Positions 9,192 to 20,156 of a stretch of 64,000 nucleotides of DNA are shown one piece after another. How positions within the stretch are numbered: position 1 is the first letter of the stretch; the number at the start of each line of letters is the position of its first letter. Below the pieces are notes generated by a model. The model saw only the letters and a list, made by a program, of their open reading frames with translations. It ran no database searches and was not told the DNA's origin. Source of the stretch: an uncultured Acidobacteriota bacterium (GTDB lineage: Bacteria > Acidobacteriota > UBA6911); contig CAWJKZ010000014.1 of the NCBI GenBank assembly GCA_963843575.1, positions 352,001 to 416,000 on the forward strand, read 5' to 3'. Position numbers and translations under genes: made by a program.

Positions 9192-9965
9192 TCAACGGGG
9201 CGCACGGAGGTAGTCGCGGACCATCCGCATATCCTCCCACACCTTCCGCTTCTCATTGGGATTACGCAGCAAGTACGCCGGGTGGAAGGTCGGCATGAGC
9301 TTCACGCCGCGGTAGTCATAGAATCTCCCGCGCAGACTGGAGATCGGAGCCTTCGTGCGCAGCAGCGTCTGGACGCCGTAGAGCCCGAGCGCGCAGATCA
9401 CCTTGGGCTTCACGGCGGCGACCTGCCGGAACAGGAACGGCTCGCACGCCGCGACCTCGTCCTTTTCGGGGTTCCGGTTCTCGGGCGGCCGGCATTTCAG
9501 GATGTTGCAGATGTAGACATCCTCCCGACGCATGTCGATCGCTTCGAGGATGCGGGTGAGCAGTTGTCCCGCGCGGCCGACGAAGGGGAGGCCCTGCTCG
9601 TCTTCGTCCGCGCCCGGGGCTTCCCCGACCAACATCAGCTCGGCCGCGGGATTCCCCGAGCCGAAAACGATGTGCTTCCTCCCGCCGGCGAGCTTGCAGC
9701 GCCGGCAGTCGCCCAGGTCGCCGCGTATCCCCTCCAGGGACTCCTGCGGGCCTTCGGGCTCGGCAAACATCGTCGGGGGAGGCACCGCCGGAGCGCGGCG
9801 GGCTTCCGGCGCGGCGGGGGCCGCAGGCGCGGGACGGCGCGGCTCCGCGCCGCGGGGCTGCACCGCCGGCCTCGGGGCGCGGCGCGCCACCCATTTGCCG
9901 CCGATGTCCTGGTAGAAGCGGAGGTGGTTGATGATCTCCTCGCCCAGCCGCCGTCTGTCGTTCAC
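9192..9965 (-). CDS. Family-4 uracil-DNA glycosylase (Fe-S)
   Basis: CRRCKL, VGEAPG.DED.QG.PFVGRAG, NILKCRPPENR, TFHPAYLLRNP; GTG start overlaps the era stop. Confidence 0.93.
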   Translation of the reverse strand: MNDRRRLGEEIINHLRFYQDIGGKWVARRAPRPAVQPRGAEPRRPAPAAPAAPEARRAPAVPPPTMFAEPEGPQESLEGIRGDLGDCRRCKLAGGRKHIVFGSGNPAAELMLVGEAPGADEDEQGLPFVGRAGQLLTRILEAIDMRREDVYICNILKCRPPENRNPEKDEVAACEPFLFRQVAAVKPKVICALGLYGVQTLLRTKAPISSLRGRFYDYRGVKLMPTFHPAYLLRNPNEKRKVWEDMRMVRDYLRAPR

Positions 9966-10852
9966 GTCCCCACCCCCAGGTCGTCCAACACGGAATCGTT
10001 GTCGCGCCACTTGCGGACCGTCTGAACCCGCAGGGCGAGGAATATCCTGCAACCGAGGAGTTCTTCGATGTCGCGGCGGGCCGCCATCCCGATCTCCTTG
10101 ATCTGGGAGCCTGCCGCGCCGAGGATGATCCCCTGCTGCGACCTCTTCTCCACCAGGATGTCGGCCTCGACCACCACGAGCTTCTTCGACTCGCGTTGGC
10201 TCTCGTCGAACTTCCGGATCAGCACCGCCGTCGCATACGGGAGTTCCTCGCGCGTGCGCGCCAGGATCTTCTCGCGGATGAATTCGGACGTCAGGAAGCG
10301 CTCGGTGCGGTCCGTGACCTGCTCGGGATCGAAAAGCGGGTCACCCTCCGGCAGGTAATCAAAAATCTTGTCTACCAGCAGCCCCAGGTTCTCACCCGTG
10401 CGCGCCGACAGGGGGATGAGCTCGAGGAATGCGTATTCCGCGCCGTAGCGTTGCAGGATCGGAAGCAGCTTCGGCTTCGCGACGCGGTCTATTTTGTTGA
10501 TCGCCAACAGGGCGCGGGCGCCGGAGGCCTTCACCGTCTCCAGAACGAAACTCTCGCCCGCCCCGAAGGCGATCGAGCCGTCGACCAGGAGAATGACCAT
10601 GTCCATTTCGCGCAGCGCGTCCGTCGCGGTGCGCTGCATGCGCTGGTTCATCCGGTAGCCCGGCTTGTGGATCCCCGGCGTGTCCGCGAACGCGATCTGC
10701 CCGCGTTCCTCGGTCAGGATCCCCAGGATGCGGTGCCGCGTCGTCTGGGGTTTGTTCGACACAATCGAGACTTTCTGACGCACCAGCGCATTGAGGAGGG
10801 TCGATTTCCCCGAGTTGGGCCGTCCGACGATCGCTGCGGTCCCAGATTTCAT
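9962..10852 (-). CDS. era: GTPase Era
   Basis: GRPNSGKSTLLN, KPQTTR, DTPG, NKID, IREK...ELPY, KH-like C-terminus. Confidence 0.96.
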   Translation of the reverse strand: MKSGTAAIVGRPNSGKSTLLNALVRQKVSIVSNKPQTTRHRILGILTEERGQIAFADTPGIHKPGYRMNQRMQRTATDALREMDMVILLVDGSIAFGAGESFVLETVKASGARALLAINKIDRVAKPKLLPILQRYGAEYAFLELIPLSARTGENLGLLVDKIFDYLPEGDPLFDPEQVTDRTERFLTSEFIREKILARTREELPYATAVLIRKFDESQRESKKLVVVEADILVEKRSQQGIILGAAGSQIKEIGMAARRDIEELLGCRIFLALRVQTVRKWRDNDSVLDDLGVGT

Positions 10853-10865
10853 CACCCCGCCCATC

Positions 10866-12068
10866 TCAGTTCCGCGCGGGCGCGCGCAGGCGCGCACCGT
10901 GCAGCGAGAGTGCCATCTGCAGGATGCGCTCGGCGATTGCGGACTTGCTCTGGTCCGTGAGGGTGAGGACGCCGCCGGTCTCGTCCAGGATGTGGACCGT
11001 GGAGGAATCGGCACCGAAAACACCCTGGGACACGTCGTTGGCGACCACCAGGTCGAGGTTCTTGCGCGCCATTTTTTCCCGGGCGTGGTCGGCCGCGTCG
11101 CGCGTCTCGGCGGCGAACCCGACCAGCACCTGCCCCTTCTTGGCCGCGCCGAGCAACTCCAGGATGTCGTCGTTCGCAACGAGCGGGAGCGAGATCTCGC
11201 GCGGGCCCTTCTTGATCTTGTCCGCCGCATAGTCGCGCGGCCGGTAGTCGGACACGGCCGCGGCCTTCACCACGATATCCGCACCCGGGTAGTGTTGCAG
11301 CACGGCCTCCTTCATCTCGGCAGCCGTGCGGACCGCGACCAGACGCACGCCGGCCGGGGGGCGCAGCGCGGTCGGGCCCGAGACGAGGACGACCTCCGCC
11401 CCTTGCGCGACGGCCGCCTCGGCGACCGCATACCCCATTTTCCCCGAGCTGCGGTTGGACAGAAAGCGGACCGGGTCCAGGTCCTCGACGGTCGGCCCCG
11501 CCGTCACCAGGACGGTCAAGCCGGCGAGCGCCCGCCGCCGCGCCGCGACCTGGAGGATTCGGGCAACGATGTCCTCGACCTCCGCCAGCCTCCCTTCCCC
11601 TTCCATGCCGCAGGCCAGCCTCCCCGATTCCGGGTTGACGAAGCAGTGACCGCGCTCGCGCAGCATCTCGATGTTGCGCCTCACCGCCGGGTGGTTCCAC
11701 ATTTCCACGTTCATGGCCGGGGCGAGCACCACCGGGGCGGGGCACGACAGGTAAAGCGTCGAGAGGAAATCGTCGGCAACGCCGTGTGCGAACTTGCCCA
11801 GCACGTTCGCGGTGGCGGGGACGACAGCCAGAACGTCTGCGGATTGGGCAAGGCTGATGTGGCGGATCTCCAGGTTCAGCCCGCGCGAGAACATGCCGGT
11901 GACGACCGGATTGCCCGAGAGCGATTCAAACGTCAACGGGCCGACAAACCGGGATGCGGAACGCGTCAGGACGACATGCACGGAGGCTCCCGCCTTCTGC
12001 AACCCACGCATGACTTCGACCGCCTTATAGGCCGCGATGCAGCCGGTCACTCCCAGCGCGATTCTCAA
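10866..12068 (-). CDS. coaBC: Phosphopantothenoylcysteine decarboxylase/synthase
   Basis: GVTGCIAAYKA, APAMN, TAGPT.E.LDPVRFLSNRSSGKMGY, AAAVSDY, VGFAAET. Confidence 0.97.
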   Translation of the reverse strand: MRIALGVTGCIAAYKAVEVMRGLQKAGASVHVVLTRSASRFVGPLTFESLSGNPVVTGMFSRGLNLEIRHISLAQSADVLAVVPATANVLGKFAHGVADDFLSTLYLSCPAPVVLAPAMNVEMWNHPAVRRNIEMLRERGHCFVNPESGRLACGMEGEGRLAEVEDIVARILQVAARRRALAGLTVLVTAGPTVEDLDPVRFLSNRSSGKMGYAVAEAAVAQGAEVVLVSGPTALRPPAGVRLVAVRTAAEMKEAVLQHYPGADIVVKAAAVSDYRPRDYAADKIKKGPREISLPLVANDDILELLGAAKKGQVLVGFAAETRDAADHAREKMARKNLDLVVANDVSQGVFGADSSTVHILDETGGVLTLTDQSKSAIAERILQMALSLHGARLRAPARN

Positions 12069-12083
12069 GGGCCACCCGCAGTG

Positions 12084-12275
12084 TCAGGGCTGTTCCAGTT
12101 TCACGATTTCAAACGCCACCAATCCCTGCTCGACTTCCATCATGGCGATGTGGGCGGGCTTGTTCGACTTGCTCTTGACCTTCGGCTTCGCGTTGTTCTG
12201 CAGCTGCTTGGCCCGTTCGGCCGCGATGATGATGAAGCGGTACTTGGAGCCGATGTTGTCAGGGATGGTCTGCAT
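12084..12275 (-). CDS. rpoZ: RNA polymerase omega subunit
   Basis: SKYRFIIIAAERAKQL...A.MEV; position between gmk and coaBC. Confidence 0.92.
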   Translation of the reverse strand: MQTIPDNIGSKYRFIIIAAERAKQLQNNAKPKVKSKSNKPAHIAMMEVEQGLVAFEIVKLEQP

Positions 12276-12894
12276 CCAGTCCTCCAAAAGTGGCGATGAT
12301 GATCCGGGCGGCGGCCGCGCGCGCGCTCAGGCGGCAGCGGGAGCCCAGAATGATGGCCTTGAGCTCGTCGATGGACCGGTTGAGCTCCTGGTTAACGATC
12401 AGAAAGTCGTAGTCCCGGTACGACCTGATCTCGCTGCACGCGATGCGCAGTCTCTGTTCGATGACGTAGTCCTTGTCCAGCTTGCGCGCCTCGAGACGCT
12501 CGCGCAGCACCGGGTAGGAGGGGGGGAGGATGAAAATGCTCACCGCCTCCGGCCGCTTCTCCCGAATGCTGCGGGCCCCCTGGACATCGATGTCCAGCAG
12601 CACGTCGTCGCCGCGGGCGAGGATCTCGTCTATGCAACTCCTGGAGGTCCCGTACAGGTTGCCGTAAACCTCCGCCCACTCGAGCAATTCTCCGCCGGCG
12701 ATGAGCCCGTCGAACTCGGACCGGCTGACGAACCGGTATTCCACCCCGTCCCGCTCCTGTCCGCGTGGCGCGCGCGTGGTGTAGGAGATCGAAAACTTCA
12801 GGCCGGGCACCGATTCGAGCACGCAGCCCGCCAGTGCGGACTTGCCCGCCCCCGAAGGCCCCGAGACGATGAACAGGATCCCGGTCCGCGTCAT
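12259..12894 (-). CDS. gmk: Guanylate kinase
   Basis: SGPSGAGKS, SYTTRAPR..E.DGVEY, GNLYGT, LDIDVQGA. Confidence 0.97.
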   Translation of the reverse strand: MTRTGILFIVSGPSGAGKSALAGCVLESVPGLKFSISYTTRAPRGQERDGVEYRFVSRSEFDGLIAGGELLEWAEVYGNLYGTSRSCIDEILARGDDVLLDIDVQGARSIREKRPEAVSIFILPPSYPVLRERLEARKLDKDYVIEQRLRIACSEIRSYRDYDFLIVNQELNRSIDELKAIILGSRCRLSARAAAARIIIATFGGLDADHP

Positions 12895-12895
12895 A

Positions 12896-13780
12896 TCACT
12901 CGACGTTCTGAGCCTGCTCGCGCAGCTTTTCGATGTCTGATTTCAGTGCGATCCCCAGCCGGGTGATCTCGAGATGCGAGGCTTTCGACAGGATCGTGTT
13001 GACCTCGCGCTGCATCTCCTGCAGCAGGAAATCGAGCTTCTTGCCGGCCTGTGCACCGCTGTCCATCATGGACGCGTACTGTGCGACGTGGCTGTCCAGC
13101 CGCGCGATCTCCTCGGAGATGTCCGACCGGTCGGCCATGAGGGCGACCTCCTGGGCCAGGCGTTGAGGGTCGACGGCGTTCGGGGGGAGGATCTGGGACA
13201 ACCTTTCCCTGAGCTTCCTGCCGTATTCCTCGACGGCGGCCGGCACGTGGTCCCGGATCTCGTCCGCTTTCGCGCGCATGGACTCCAGGTGGCGCGCCAT
13301 GTCGGCGCGCAGGGCCTCCCCCTCCTGGCCGCGCATGCGCACCAGCGCCTCCAGCGCCTGCCGTACGCCCGCCAGCACAGGCTCCGCCACCCCACGGTCC
13401 GGCGTCGCGTCGGCCTCCGCCTCCGCATTGCCTACGACACCCGGAAGGCTCAGCAGCGTCTTGAGGTCGAGCGCGTCGTCGAGGCTGAACTCGTCGCGCA
13501 GCCGCGCGGCCGCTTCCAGGTAGCTGCGGGCCATCGAAGCGTTGACCACGCAGTCCGGCGTCGTGTCGCGGCCGATCGTCACGGTGAGGTCGACGCGGCC
13601 CCGCGCCAGCGCCCCGCGGACGAGCTGCTGTATTTCGCTTTCCAGGTAGGCGTGCTCCCGCGGCACTCGAACGTGCAGATCCAGAAACCGGTGGTTGACG
13701 GTCCGGATCTCGACCACCACCCTGACATCCTCGGTTTGCGCCGAGCCGGTCCCGTAACCCGTCATGCTCTGGATCATCGA
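12896..13780 (-). CDS. yicC: YicC/YloC-family endoribonuclease
   Basis: SMTGYG, EIRTVNHRFLD, DISEEIARL, GKKLDFLLQEMQRE.NT, EKLREQAQNVE. Confidence 0.95.
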   Translation of the reverse strand, partial: SMIQSMTGYGTGSAQTEDVRVVVEIRTVNHRFLDLHVRVPREHAYLESEIQQLVRGALARGRVDLTVTIGRDTTPDCVVNASMARSYLEAAARLRDEFSLDDALDLKTLLSLPGVVGNAEAEADATPDRGVAEPVLAGVRQALEALVRMRGQEGEALRADMARHLESMRAKADEIRDHVPAAVEEYGRKLRERLSQILPPNAVDPQRLAQEVALMADRSDISEEIARLDSHVAQYASMMDSGAQAGKKLDFLLQEMQREVNTILSKASHLEITRLGIALKSDIEKLREQAQNVE

Positions 13781-13873
13781 CATCCCACCATGCAAGAAAA
13801 TCAGGTTATATTATCGCAAGATGATGCATATGTAAAGCACAGGCAACACGTTATGGCGAGGAACGTACGGCGG

Positions 13874-15725
13874 CTACTCGAGGGCCACCCGGGTCGCCTG
13901 CAGCGCCGGCGAAGTACCGGGCAGGGTTTCCTGCCCCTGAAGCCTGCAAAACCGGCTGTACAACCCGTTGGACTCGAGCAGGCCCTCGTGGGTGCCGATC
14001 TCCCTGATGCGCCCCTGGTCGAGCACCACGATCACGTCCGCGTTGCGGATCGTGGAGAGGCGGTGCGCGATAACGAAGGTGGTCCGGTCCTGCATCAGGT
14101 TGACGAGCGCCCGCTGGACCACTTGTTCTGACTCCGAGTCGAGCGACGATGTGGCCTCGTCCAGGATCAGTATCGGCGCGTTGCGCAGCACGGCGCGGGC
14201 GATGGAGAGGCGCTGCCTTTCCCCGCCGGACAACCTCTGGCCGCGCTCGCCGATGACGGTGTCGTACTTCATCGGCAAGGCCATGATGAAATCGTGGGCG
14301 AAGGCCGCCTGTGCCGCCGCGATGATCCGCTCCTCGGACGCGTCGATGTCGCCGTACGCGATGTTGCGGCGCACGGTGTCGTTGAACAGAAACGTGTCCT
14401 GGCTGACGATCGCGATGCTGCGGCGCAGCGACGCCTGGGTATACTCGCGCACGTCCACCCCGTCGACCAGAACGGCTCCGGCGGCGACATCGTAGAAGCG
14501 CGGGATCAAGCTGACGAGCGTCGACTTCCCGGAACCGCTGCTGCCGACCAGGGCGATCACCTGGCGGCGGCGCACCCTCAGGTTGATGTCGTGCAACACC
14601 CGCGTGCCACCGCTCGCGTCGCGGTAGTGGAAATGCACGTCCCTGAACTCGATCGACTCCCTCAGCCCGCGCGAACTCGCGGGCGCCGGGACGGTCCTGG
14701 ATCTCGACGTGCGTGTCGAATACCTCCATGATGCGCGACGCGGAGGCAAACGCGCGCTGGAACTGGATATGCATCCGGCTCAGCTTCCGGATGGGATCGT
14801 ACATCCGGAACAGGGAGAACAGGGAGCCCCCGAACAGCCCGAACGTCAAGGTGCCAGCTTCGATGCGGTGGTGCGCGTAGTAAAGCAGCGGGACGAAGGA
14901 AACGACGCCAAGCAACTCCATGAGCGGCGAGTTCATGAACAGGATGCGGGCCGCCCTCATGTTGCTGCGGAAGAGGGCGGCCGCGGACTGGTGGAATCGC
15001 TCCTTTTCGTGCTCCTCCATGACGAAGGACTTGACCACCCGCACCCCGCTGATCGCCTGCTGCAGCAGGTCGTTGAGCGCCGCGATGTTCTCCCTGCTCC
15101 TGAGACTCACGCGCCGTATGCGGCTCCCCATCGACAGGGTGAGCCCCAGGGCCGCCGGCGCGATCAGCAGCGACACCACCGCCAGCTTCCAGTCGATGTA
15201 CAGCACCCACACCACGAGCGAGGCCAGCAGCACGGTTTCGCGGAACAGTTCCGCCACCGAGGTCGAAACCGCCTCCTGCACCTGCTCGACGTCGCTGCTC
15301 ATCCGCGACATCAGGCGTCCGGTCGAGTTCAGCGCAAAAAATCCCATGGACTGGCGCAGCACGTGATCGTAGAGGTCGTTGCGCACATCCATGACGACGC
15401 CCTGCCCCACGTGGCTCATCCAGTAGTTCGAGTAATACAGCGCGAGACCCTTTAGAAGCGTCAGACCGACGAGCGCGAGCGACAGCTGCGTGAGTTTCGA
15501 TCCGGGGAGCAGCGAGAGACTCCGGCGCAGCAGCTCGAGCTTCCCCGATGCCACGGCGGGCGCGGCGGCACCAGCGCTGGGGATGAGCACTTCGTCGAAC
15601 ATGGGGATGGCGAGCGCCGTCGTGAGGACTTCGAACAGACCCGCAAAAACAAGCAGGATCAGCGACGCGGTCAGGAGCGAAAGGTACGGCCGGACGAATG
15701 GGAACAGCCTGCGGAAGTCGTTCAT
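13874..15725 (-). CDS. msbA: MsbA-like ABC exporter (TM domain + ATPase; indel near 14660)
   Basis: TM domain in ORF 13851..15725 (TGRLMSRMSSD); NBD in ORF 13874..14749 (GSSGSGKST, LSGGERQR, ILDEATSSLD, IAHRLST). Confidence 0.85.
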
Positions 15726-15802
15726 GGCTCGGGTCCGAAACCCGCGATTCTAGGCCTTCGGAACTCGCGAGTCAATGGAAAGGCCGGGGGCCGGGCGCTG
15801 CG

Positions 15803-18106
15803 TTACCGGTCGCGGCGGTGCCCCATACCGCTCTGGCCCCGGTTCGGAGACGATCCGAAGCCCGGACTCCCGCCGCGCATCCCCGAGCCGCCGAAGCCCG
15901 CGGAGGGGGCGCGCGCCGGTGGCGCCGTAATGTTACCGCGGGGGGTGTACCCGCCGCCCCTGCCCCAGGAGGGCGCAGATTGCGGGGCGGGAGCCGGCGT
16001 GTACCGGGCGGCCGGCGCCCCCGAATCCTGCCAGCGGCCCGCCTGCGGGAACCGCTGCACGCCGCTGCCGGCGCCGCCGTCGAAGCTGCGGTACTGCGGC
16101 GCCGGCGTGGCGCGGTCCGCCGGTGCACCCATGTTCTGCCAACGGTCCGCGTCCGAAAACCGTTGCGTGCTGCTGCCCGCGCCGGCGTCGAGGCTGCGGT
16201 ACTGCGGCGCCGTGTACGTCCGCGGCGCGTAGCCGAACGAGTGGCCGCCAGGATCGGAAGCCCTGGATTCCTGCCGCGGCCGCTCCGGCTGTCGTCGCTC
16301 CAGCCCCGGGGACGGCGTGCGGTCGATCCTCGGCGACGCCGCAGGTGCACTTTCCATGCGCCGCGGGGTCGCGTCGGGGCGGATGGTGGAACCCGGCGAC
16401 GTGTCCCTGCGCCCGCGGTCGATCACACCATCGGTCGCATTCCGGGGCGAGGGGGACTCCATCCTGCGCACGCCGGACGAGCCTTCCCCGGCCTGGTCAC
16501 GCCCATAGGGCCGGTAACCCTGGGTGCGCGGATTCTGCGGTGCCGTCTGGGTGGGTTGAGCGCCAGGCGCCGGTTGCGGGTTGTCGGGGGTGCGACGGTT
16601 CCAGATACTCGAACCGCCGGTACCCGCGCCCTCGCGTGAATTGCCGGGGACGGAGTAGATGCGCGATCCGCCCGACGGATCCGCCACACCCGCGCCCGCC
16701 GCATTGCGGCCGTCGTAGCGGGATCCCGCGGGGTTGGCCGCGTTCGGGGTCGTAATCCGCAGGAAGCGGTCGGGCCCCGAGGGGCGAACGGACGGCTCGG
16801 AACGCACCACAACAGCCCTCACCTCGCTGGAAGCCGGGCGCACGGCCTGGCGATCCGGCGCTGCTGCGAAGCTGCGGGCCCCGGGCTGCAGGCTCAGGCG
16901 ATCGGTCACCATGCGCCCGCCGCGCCACGGCTCGTCGGCGCCGGACACCGGGGCGATCCGGCTGCGGGCGCCGAAGCTGTCGTTCAGGAACTGGTCGGTG
17001 CGCACCGTGCGGAACGCCCCGGGGATGTGACGGTTAAACAGGTCGTCGGGTGAGCGGCGTTGCGCCAGCCGCAGGTTGTTGAGCTGGTAGCCGTAGTTGC
17101 CGCGATAATAAAAGTTGTTTACGTTGTAGTAGTCCCCGGGGCCAAGCGGCACCCAGGAGACCCAGGATGGGCCGTTATAGAACCGGACCAGGCCAGGCGA
17201 CCAGAAATTGAAGCCGAACGATGCGCCGGGGAGCCAGCACCACCCGAAGTTCGAGTGCCGGTACCACCGCCCGTAATGGTAGGGCAGCCAACCCCAAGGC
17301 TCGTAGGACACCCATGTCCAGCCCCACAGCGGGCGATAGACCCAGCGGCCTTCCCAGTATGGAGACCAGTCGGCGGCCACCTGGGACGGCACCCAGGCCG
17401 CACCATATTCGACGTCCACCCAGCGGCCGTACACGTCCAGGTCGCGCACTCCCGAATACACCTGGTCGGGGATGTAGCGCCGGCTCTGCAAGGGGGTCAG
17501 TTCTGCGTTGCGGCGGTCGTTCCACTCGTCCCATTCGTCGCGGCCGTCGTAGCGCGACAGGACGTTGGTCCCCTGCTCGCCCGGGGTGGCGTGGATGAGC
17601 TCTCCGGCCTCCGCACGCCGCGTGAAACTGTTGCTGGCCCCTTCCAGTTCCCCCTTGCGGACAATCCCGTCGCTGTCGCCGTTGTCGGCGACGTCGAAAC
17701 GGTAGACTCCCTTCTTGACCGTGTTGAAGGCCGCGGCGGGCGTGTTGATTTCGAAATCGAGGCCGCTCTGTACCGTCAGGGTGCTGAGGCCGACCAGCAG
17801 GCGCAGCTGGACGAGGTCGTCTCTCGTCGAGAGGATCTCGACGTCGGTCTTCTCGGCCAGCCGCAGGATGGATCCGTCGTCAAACTCTATCTCCGCCCGG
17901 CCGTCGGCGCCCGTGTACACCCTGTCGGCCGGCTGCAACGGCATGTTGACGCTGGCGGCAGACCAGTCGACGTCACCCGAGTGCTGCAAGCTTACATGGC
18001 CGTCGATGTAGGACAGCCGCGCGATCCTGTACTCGGCGGTGTCGGAATACGCCGCCGCGCCACCGAACCAGAGCACCAGAAGCACGAAGGATAGCCTGCG
18101 GATCAT
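15803..18106 (-). CDS. Secreted FecR-domain / DUF6600-like protein with long low-complexity tail
   Basis: Signal peptide MIRRLSF..AAAYS; ARLSYIDG...NMPL...TGADGRAEI (FecR-like); WSPYWEGRWV...WGWTWVSYEPWGWLPYHYGRW...WSPG; R/P/G-rich tail. Confidence 0.8.
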   Translation of the reverse strand: MIRRLSFVLLVLWFGGAAAYSDTAEYRIARLSYIDGHVSLQHSGDVDWSAASVNMPLQPADRVYTGADGRAEIEFDDGSILRLAEKTDVEILSTRDDLVQLRLLVGLSTLTVQSGLDFEINTPAAAFNTVKKGVYRFDVADNGDSDGIVRKGELEGASNSFTRRAEAGELIHATPGEQGTNVLSRYDGRDEWDEWNDRRNAELTPLQSRRYIPDQVYSGVRDLDVYGRWVDVEYGAAWVPSQVAADWSPYWEGRWVYRPLWGWTWVSYEPWGWLPYHYGRWYRHSNFGWCWLPGASFGFNFWSPGLVRFYNGPSWVSWVPLGPGDYYNVNNFYYRGNYGYQLNNLRLAQRRSPDDLFNRHIPGAFRTVRTDQFLNDSFGARSRIAPVSGADEPWRGGRMVTDRLSLQPGARSFAAAPDRQAVRPASSEVRAVVVRSEPSVRPSGPDRFLRITTPNAANPAGSRYDGRNAAGAGVADPSGGSRIYSVPGNSREGAGTGGSSIWNRRTPDNPQPAPGAQPTQTAPQNPRTQGYRPYGRDQAGEGSSGVRRMESPSPRNATDGVIDRGRRDTSPGSTIRPDATPRRMESAPAASPRIDRTPSPGLERRQPERPRQESRASDPGGHSFGYAPRTYTAPQYRSLDAGAGSSTQRFSDADRWQNMGAPADRATPAPQYRSFDGGAGSGVQRFPQAGRWQDSGAPAARYTPAPAPQSAPSWGRGGGYTPRGNITAPPARAPSAGFGGSGMRGGSPGFGSSPNRGQSGMGHRRDR
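15993..16210 (-). repeat. Intragenic tandem duplication, 2 x 108 nt (36 aa)
   Basis: GCTGCGGTACTGCGGCGC at 16085 and 16193; peptides PQYRSLDAGAGSSTQRFSDADRWQNMGAPADRATPA / PQYRSFDGGAGSGVQRFPQAGRWQDSGAPAARYTPA. Confidence 0.85.
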
Positions 18107-18349
18107 ACACACCTCCACGGGTGCCAGGGTTAGCCATCTAAGGACTTCACATATATGCAGATGCAAGTCCGGGCGCGAAGTGTCAGGCGGAGGATCGAAA
18201 CGGTGACCGCACCGAGGCTCGTCCCGATGGGAGCTAAACCAAACCCTGCGTTCCAATTATCGCACACCTGCCGGAGGGGATCAATCCAGCCGGCGCGGCT
18301 CGGCACCGTCACGGTCCCGCCCGGCCGCGTCGTGCGACGAGCGTCCATC

Positions 18350-20156
18350 TCAGGTGGCCCTGGCCCCGGATCCCCGAACCTCCCGGGCAAACGGTCCGAG
18401 GTCCCATCCGATCAGGGGCTGAACCGCGTCGATCAGGTACTCGCCGATCTCCCTGGCTGTGATGAAGTGCATCGCCTCGGAGGCTATCCGGCGGCAGTCG
18501 TCCAGGGACAACTGGCCGATGACGCGCCTGACAGTGGGGATCGAGGCGCAGTTCATGCTGAGTTGCCTGAACCCCATGCCCAGCAGCAAAACGACGAAAA
18601 ACGGGTTTGAGGACATCTCGCCGCATATCCGCGCAGGTTTTCCCAATCGCGCGGCAACGGCCGCGATGTGGCCCAGGCAATTCAAAACTGACGGGTGCAG
18701 CGGCTGGAAAAGGTGGGAGACTTGCGGATTGCTCCGGTCGACGGCGAGCAGGTACTGGATGAGGTCGTTGGTGCCGACGCACAGGAAATCCACCGCTCCC
18801 GCGATGGACTCGAGGGACAGCACGGCCGACGGGATCTCGATCATGGCACCGACCGGCACCCCGCCCCCGATGATGCCGGAGGCCGCGCCTATGCCCGCCT
18901 GGATCCTGCCGATGGCCGAGCGGACCTCCCACACCTCTTCGACGCTAGAAACCATCGGCAGCACGATTTCGACATTCCCTTCGGCGCCAGCCCGCAGGAT
19001 GGCCTCGAGTTGCGGTCCCAGAAGCCGCCCCCCGCCTCTGAGACTCAGGCGGATGCCTCTCAATCCCATGCTCGGATTCGGCTCCGAGACGGCGTCGGGA
19101 CCCGTCCCGACCTTGTCGGCACCGAAGTCAAGGGTGCGAATGGCAACCGGGTAGGGGTGCATTTCCCTCGCGAGCATGCGGTAGGTCTCGAGCTGGGCTT
19201 CCATTCCCGGGAAACCTCGCGGATGCCCGAAGAACAGGAACTCCGAGCGGAAGAGTCCGATCCCCTCGGCGCCATAGCGCTTTGCCACGTGCACCTCGCT
19301 CGGCAGTTCGGTGTTGGCACGCAGGCTCACCCCCGTGCCGTCCCTGGTGCACCCGCCGCCGTTGAGCTGCGCCGCGGGCTGGCCCGCGTTGTCGGCCTGA
19401 GCCAGCTGCGCCTGGAGCGAGTCGAGACGTTCCGCCCCAGGGTTAACGACGAGTTGCCCTTCATCGCCGTTGACCAGCACCATGTCTCCGGTGCCGATGG
19501 CCGCGAGCGACCCGCGCGCCTCCATGACGGCCGGTATGCGCAGGCTGCGCGCGATGATCGCGCTGTGCGAGGTGCGCCCGCCCGCTTCGAGCACCAGCCC
19601 GCGCACCTTGTTCAGATCCATTGCGGCGAAGGCCGAGGCGTTGAAGTCGCGCGACACGATGATGAGGTTGTGTGGCAGGGGGGCCCAGTGGATCGGTTCG
19701 TCCCCGGAGAGATTCTGCAGGATGCGTTCTACCACGTTCTCGATGTCCGCCCACCGTTCCCGGAAGTACTCGTCGTCGAGCGAGGCATAGGCCTGGCGGA
19801 TGCGGTCGGTGGCGTCGCGCACGGCCCATTCCGCGTTGGCCCGGTGCCGCCGGATCAGGTCGGCGATCTCCGCGATCAGGGTCCGGTCCTCGAGCATGAG
19901 CAGGTGGACGTCGAGGATGAAGCTGTGTTCCGGGTCCACCTTTTCTTCGAGCCTGGCCTTGAGAATCTCGAGCTGCTCCCGTGAAACCTGGACGGCCCGC
20001 TGCATGCGCCGGACTTCGTCCTCCACGCGTTCCGGGTCGACGAGGAGCTTCAGGATCACCCGGTTGTGGCTGTCGAGCTTGAGCGCCTGCCCCATACGCC
20101 ACTCCCGGAGATACCCCGTTTCCCTTAAGGACTCGTTCAGGCTTCGTGGCGATCAA
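18350..20156 (-). CDS. ptsI: PTS enzyme I (indel near 20095)
   Basis: LKGNGVSPGVA N-terminus, GGRTSHSAIIAR (phospho-His), GIGLFRSEFLF, IRTLD.G.DK, NPSMGLRGIR, GTNDLIQY, ICGEM. Confidence 0.95.

Noticed and set aside
6731-9298. Long antisense or alternative-frame ORFs (e.g. 6731..9298 +, 22596..24881 +, 58188..60212 +)
   Set aside because: Shadow ORFs opposite priA, rpoN and rel, expected from high GC3 codon bias; no recognisable motifs
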